From: Eledone cirrhosa
Taxonomy: Eukaryota
DNA length: 64,000 bases
NCBI GenBank assembly: GCA_964016885.1
Contig: OZ024740.1
Location: forward strand, 162,750,001 to 162,814,000
Direction of reading: 5' to 3'
Part shown: positions 57,845 through 64,000 of the stretch, one piece after another
How positions within the stretch are numbered: the stretch's first letter is position 1
Layout of the letters: every line of letters starts with the position of its first letter
Position numbers and translations under genes: made by a program
The notes under the pieces: model-generated
What the model saw: only the letters and a program-made list of their open reading frames with translations
The model's database searches: none
What the model was told of the DNA's origin: nothing

Positions 57845-58656
57845 TTCATAACTCACTGATCCTTGTGATTCTGAGCACAAATATCCGTTTATAATAAAAC
57901 CGCAAAATATATGGAAAATTCCCAAACAAACTAAATCAAGAGAAAAGAAATTAGTTTAGTTTGTTTAGGAATTTTCAGACACCATTGATTTACGAAATGA
58001 ACGGTATGTTTCTAACACTAATCTTACTATTGTTGTTGTTTAACCCCACGCCAGCTCCGGTGGAGAGCAAATGGAACTACGTCGGTTTCGACGATGAGTG
58101 TTTCAGTTATTCGATAAATGGAAGAGCTTGTAATGAAATTAACGTGAAAGTAGTTGAACATTCCTTTGACACGTGTACCTTTAATGTGATTCTCAATGAG
58201 ATTCAGTGTGAAGCACTATGTAACAAGGCTCGCTTTTTGAATTGCAAGTACAATTCATCCGACGGGCTTCCAGACCGTTCACGTATACCCAATTTCATTT
58301 ACAAAGCATGGGTCGCCCCAAAGCTATGGTAACTGACGCCCAAGATGTTGGTTCGAACTCGGGACATTATGGCTGCAAAGCGAACTTTCGGTCATGCTGC
58401 GTCCATAAGATAGAACATTATACATTAGTAATTCTTTGTTGTTGAAGATGACCAACAGTCATAATTGACTTGTATGCCTGGTTTCGTGAGTCTGGAGGGA
58501 GTCAGATATCCTCAGGTCACTTCCGTGTACAGCATACATTAGAAAGTGCGGCAATTTGGGTGCTCGTAAATGTAGCTTTATGTAAGTGTTCTTTACAGTA
58601 GTAGCAGCAGCAGTTATTTTGCTTTTAACTGTTTAGCCCTTTTGTCACCATATTTC

Positions 58657-59053
58657 CAGACCTGCCAACTCCTAAAAACCAAAATCGGGAGTACCATAAA
58701 AAAATGGACCTTAAACGGGGATAAATGAGGCAAAATGGGGACATTTTACATAATTGTTTCTACTTTAGGCACAAGGCCAGCAATTACCAGTGCATTACTG
58801 GTACTTTATTTTATCGACCCCGTAAGGATGAAAGGCAAAGTCAACCTCGGCGGGATTTGAACTCAGATGGTAAAGGGACGTAACTATGCTGGAAAGCATG
58901 GCGTCCGACCCTCTACCGATACTGCCAATCCACCGCCCTTGGGACATTTTACATAATGAAAGCTATACCCATTTTCACAAGAAAAGACATCTCTCACCCA
59001 ACCCAAAGTGTCTGGGAGATCTCCCCGTCGGATGGGTAGAGTTGACAGGTCTG
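58657..59053. mobile_element. MITE with 6-bp TSD, carrying a family A SINE (58752-58938, minus)
   Basis: TIRs CAGACCTGCCAACTC / GAGTTGACAGGTCTG, TSD TATTTC, SINE TSD GGGACATTTTACATAAT. A SINE-free inverted copy lies at ~59708-59887. Confidence 0.85.
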
Positions 59054-60851
59054 TATTTCTAATGAAAAATATCATCTATAGCTTTCAAATAAAAAATTTG
59101 GAAAGATTTAGTGATATAACTAACCTTCTCGTTATTCAGCTGGTGTTTGGAACTTAACAAAACTTATTACATAAAATTATGATGAAGGATGTTTAGATAA
59201 ATATAAACAATTTAAAATAAACAGCCTTGTATTTTAGGACTATGGGTGGTTTGATATGTAAAGGGTTAGGCACAACTGTGAATCAGACGATACTTGTTGG
59301 GTCGATTTTGTAGTTGTTTACCCTCAGGCCAGCTCTGGGATAGAGCAAACGTATGACTAAATGCATTCTAGCTACTACCAACCCAGTCTTATATTTCAGA
59401 CATACTGTATTTAGAACTACTTTATGCAATGAATACTTCTTTTTAAAGATGGTTTAAATATAATTTTTGATTTGCCTGATATTCTTGGTAGATGAAATAA
59501 CTACTTAGAGATTTCCTCATTCGCTAATTAGCGGCGAATAAGCAGAGTTATTAAAACATCGTATAGAATGCTTTGCGGTATTCATTTCGGCTCTCTGTGT
59601 TGAAATCCCGCTGATGTCATTTTCGCCTTTCGTAATTTCAGAGTTGATTAAATAATACCAGTTTAGTACTGGAGTGGATTCTTCTTCTATATCTCAGATA
59701 TGTCATTTCTCCTCGTCCGACGGGGAGATATCCCACCCACTTTGGGGTAGGTGAGAGATGTCTTCTCTTGAGAGTATGGGTATAGCTTTCATTTTGTAAA
59801 ATCTTCCCATTTTGTCTCATTTCTCCCTATTTCGGGGCACTTTTTCATGGTACTCCCCGTTTAGATTTTTAAGGGTTGGCAGGTTTGATGTCTCTTTCTC
59901 ACCTCCCCTCTCTCTCTTTCTCTCTCCTTTTCTGAAAGAAATCGGCTGTCTTCAGTCCTGGTGATGGGAAAGACTTCACCAGGTTTAAAGTGGCCAAGAC
60001 ATGCCGTATGTCATGTCGACACTCCTACGACTCCACCAAGAAGTACAGGTCTATACATACATCTGCACATGCTCTGGTAACCATATCATTGTTAAAGTAG
60101 GGGTCGAAGTTTTGAAATAAATTATTTATTGCACTTTCAAAATTTTCCCAATTATTCTTTCTCTCATTTACTAACATCGGTTATTAGAGTGCAGTTATGC
60201 TGGTACACTAACTCGAAGGGATTTGATTGATCATATCAAACCCAGTATTTGTTCATGTCTAGTACTTATTTTATTTATCTCTTTATGTAGAACCGCTAAG
60301 AGGCATACACTCACACACATACACACACGTATGTGCGTACGTGTGCGACGGACTTCTGCAGAGTTTCTATCTACCATATTTCACCCACATATCATTGATC
60401 AACACAAGGTGCCAAGCAGTGGTACTGAATTCAAAACCACAATTTGCAAAGTGAACTCCTTAACAATATAGTCATGTGTTTTTGTTTTTGTTTTTAGAGA
60501 GATTTAACAATCTCAGCAGCAATTGGAATTAGCTAAATACTATGGTCCAGCATGGCCTTAGCTGTGATGACACTAACTCCAATGGAATCAGGTTATTTTC
60601 TTTAGGCGCTCCAGTTCTAGAAATAGTGTATGTTGAACTAAATTGTCTAATGTGTCCACGGTATGATGTAGTTTGAGGAAGATTTGGTTAATATTTCTAG
60701 CAAGTCGAATAATCGCTTAGAGACTATCGTTGACTCGTTTTCTGCTTAAAAGATATCAAGAAATAGGAAGGGAGATAATCGGTAAGCAGGATTTTTTTTA
60801 TTTTAGAGTAGCTTCCCTTTAGCATATCTCGTGAGTTTAAAATACAACAAA

Positions 60852-60962
60852 ATGGCAGACGTCCCGGATAGTGGGTCCTCTGAGAATCTTACTGAATCAG
60901 CTTCTCCATCTACAGATTCAGAAAATGAAGATTCTTCTCCACCCCCGCCTCCACCAAAAAAG
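60852..60962 (+). CDS. Probable first coding exon of a host gene (MADVPDSGSSENLTESASPSTDSENEDSSPPPPPPKK), product unknown
   Basis: CAAAATGGC start context, 37 codons, AG|GTAAAC donor in phase 0, non-repetitive sequence, intron-like downstream. Confidence 0.6.
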
Positions 60963-63900
60963 GTAAACCTCTTTTTCAGTTTATTAATAAACAACGTTTA
61001 TCTATTTTCTTTCGTGGTTGAACGTTTCATTTTAGCGTGTTTAGATTATAATTCGTTTCGATTTAATCGAATCCATAAACATTCGTAGGAGTAATAGTAG
61101 TATTGTTTTTGTTTGGTCTTGCTGTTTATAATAGTAAAAAAAATAAATAATAATCGGTTTAACAGCTTTAATAATTTTTCATTTATGAATGTTTTGTTAA
61201 TTTTCTGCTTGTAAAGATTGATAGAACAAGGGAAAAATAAGAATTATTATTTTTTCTTCTATGGTTTCTAATCAATATAAAACATGTTTAGCTAGTCTAC
61301 AATTTAAACGAATTATTACTACCTTTTTTTCTATCCCTTTATTATTTCTAAATTTAAAGAAATGCTTTGGAGTGGATAAATTCGAAAGTTTTTGTATCTG
61401 CATGAATATCCATTTGTAAATCATTTTTCTAAAGAAAGGTTATCGCTAGAACCATTGTAATATATACATAATAACAATGGCGAAAATAAATACAGACGAT
61501 AGATAGCGAGGAGTCTCTACGTGGTCGTTCGACTTGTTAGAAACAGAAGCCGAATCTCCTCTTAAATCACATCTTGCCGTCTTAAATAGAGAAAGGTCGT
61601 ATTGCATAAAGTAGTCATAAATTACAAATAATTACGAGGTAGCCACGGCTAAAACAGACGGTGTTCCAGCCCAGTCAACACTGAACCATTATTGAACATC
61701 AGTAACTACAAATTAATACTGAAAATTAAATTTACATAAGTTAGCAGCAGTGAATCGTTTAATAATTTAATCACCCCCTCTCACTCTTTCTTTACCCTTT
61801 GTAATCAACAATAAAACGTTAAGAAGCATCTTCGGTGTCTCTTGACATGGTATAATTGGCAGCTAAATCCTCTACCGTCTTAAACAAAGGGAAAGAAAAA
61901 CAAATGGAACAATGTAGTCGCTTAAAAAAAAAATAACTGCAAAAACAAATCAGGAACAAACTAAAAAACAAAGGGGCGTGATGATCACGGCAGAAATGTT
62001 ATTGATTGTATGACCGATTTCTGACTAAATAACATGAAACTGGAGCGGGGGAGGGGGGGGGGGGGGTCCTAAGGTCATTTGACGCGGAAAATACCTTCTA
62101 TTAATCTTTAACAACATTTATGTACTTATCCTATTCTTTCTTTTGTTTTAGAATATTTTCCTAAGTTATGGAGTTAAGCATTTAGAAAATTTAGATAAAA
62201 AAATGATAAAACCAAGATCAAAATTGTTGATATAAAATATACACAGATATTTTGTTAAATATTTGGAAATGATTTTAGATGCTGTAGTAATAGTGTGTGC
62301 TTGATATTAATTTATTATATTCTCCACCTCCCACCCCAGAATGTGTGGCATCCTGCCAATGTTATATAAATACATATCTGACATGTAATGAATTTCTTTT
62401 CCAAATCTGTTATGTTTTGATTACAAATTAAATGCAATTATGTAAACATTGAGAAAAACTGAAGGAACCTCTATGTAGTCACTTGACCTGATGGACACAG
62501 CAGCCAATTCTCGCTCAAATTACACTTTGCTGTCATAGAGCTGGGTGTTCTAATCATTCTCAATGAAATAAATAACAGTCCAGGACAGTAGGTTGCTCAA
62601 ATACATTGTGACAGTGTCAGACGAGATGCCTTGCAGTATTTGTTCTGGCTCTTTGTGTCTGAGTTCAAAATCCCTCTGTGGCCTACTTGTGCGGTAGACT
62701 TAATCCATTGACTTGTTTAACACCATTACCTTGTCCTTGGGGGGCCTTTAAAGGAACTCATTGTTGCAAGCTGCTGAACCAGGTCTCTGATTTGAGGATA
62801 CTTTATCCCTCCTCCCACCAATCTCAGAGGCCCTGAAAAGGATTATAGACTTCTTTGACTAAATAGTAAAAAAAAAAAAGAATAGTCCAAGGTGTACTAT
62901 GGTTACAGTTAATCATGTCTACTCAATTAGGGCTAAATAATAAGTTTTTATTTTTTAGCCAAATTTTCAAAACTATTTCTTGGTCTATTTCTACTGTATA
63001 TTCCCCTCCATTGTTTAGATTCTGTATATGCATAACAATGTAGCCATCTCTCTAGTGGTCAGTCACTTTCTCAACTCACTTTTTCATAAGGTAGCATTGT
63101 TATGGCTCACACCAGCCTAGGTTTAGCTGGCCTTTCATGAGGTTGCTGCATCTTATAGGTTTCTTGGGTGTTTAAATGATAGGAACACTAGCCTCATTAC
63201 ATTAGCATTAGAAATTGATCACTTAATTAAGATAGAGGAAAATTCACAATGAATCATGTCTGCCAGCTAAATGAACCACAGTGGTATTTGAACTCAGAAT
63301 GTTAAGAGCCAGAATAAATACAGCAAGGCATCCCATCTGTTCTAACAATCCTGCCATTCCATCACCCTAGATTGGTACTTTATTTATCATTTCAAAAAAG
63401 GATGAAAGGCAAAATTGGCTTCATCAAGGTTTGAACTAATAATGCAGTGTGCCTAAATAGACACTACAAAGCATTTTGATTGATGCTCTAATGATTCTAC
63501 TAATTTTTTACCAATTTTATCTATATGGAAGTATGTTTAGTCTGTGTTTCAGGTTTTCAAAGTTCTTAAATTATATAAACTTTATACATTTGACCTCTTT
63601 ATAAAAACTTAAATTATGCATTTTGTTATTTCCTATTAGATAACTAGTGAGGGTGCAGAGTGGCAGAATCAGTAGCGTACTGATGGATAAAATTCCTTGC
63701 AGTATTTGGCTATATCTCTTTATATCTGAGTTCAAATCTCACTAGAAACAATGTTGTCTTTCATTTTTCTTGGGTAGATAAAATAAGCATTTCTTAATAG
63801 AAATTTCTTCGATATAATTATGATGAAATATTTTAATATAAGTAGGTATGAATAATTTAAAATGAGTAGTTGGGTATCATAACACCATAGTTGTTCAGGC

Positions 63901-64000
63901 CAATTGGTATTAAAAGGGATAAAAGTAAATATTGTTAGTGCACAGTTCTATCACTCTACCACCTTAGCCACCCACTCTCCCTTGTTAAATACTATAATAT

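Noticed and set aside
57961-58332. 123-aa ORF with a hydrophobic stretch
   Set aside because: It overlaps dispersed-repeat-like sequence and has no recognisable domain.

Overview
AT-rich, microsatellite-dense animal genomic DNA, probably a cephalopod such as Octopus (inferred from the SINE families and the repeat landscape). Most listed ORFs are (TA)n/(CA)n artefacts. The window holds four 5'-truncated Penelope-like element (PLE) GIY-YIG remnants (three Naiad-type, one of them absent from the ORF track), RTE and R4/Dong-like LINE remnants, many tRNA-derived SINEs, several MITEs and a probable first coding exon of a host gene at 60852. From about 0.4 to 49.5 kb the (TA)n tracts are filled with short PLE-pLTR/retrozyme-like insertions arranged as tandem or fold-back repeats. 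These carry hammerhead ribozyme (HHR) motifs of about a dozen distinct families. They include minimal HHRs with palindromic stem III, U3-A8 core variants and HHRs with 55-200 nt domains in stem II. The most unusual is a 102-nt motif in four copies whose hammerhead strands occur in a non-circularly permuted order, supported by compensatory base changes. All RNA structures were folded by eye and none has been tested.
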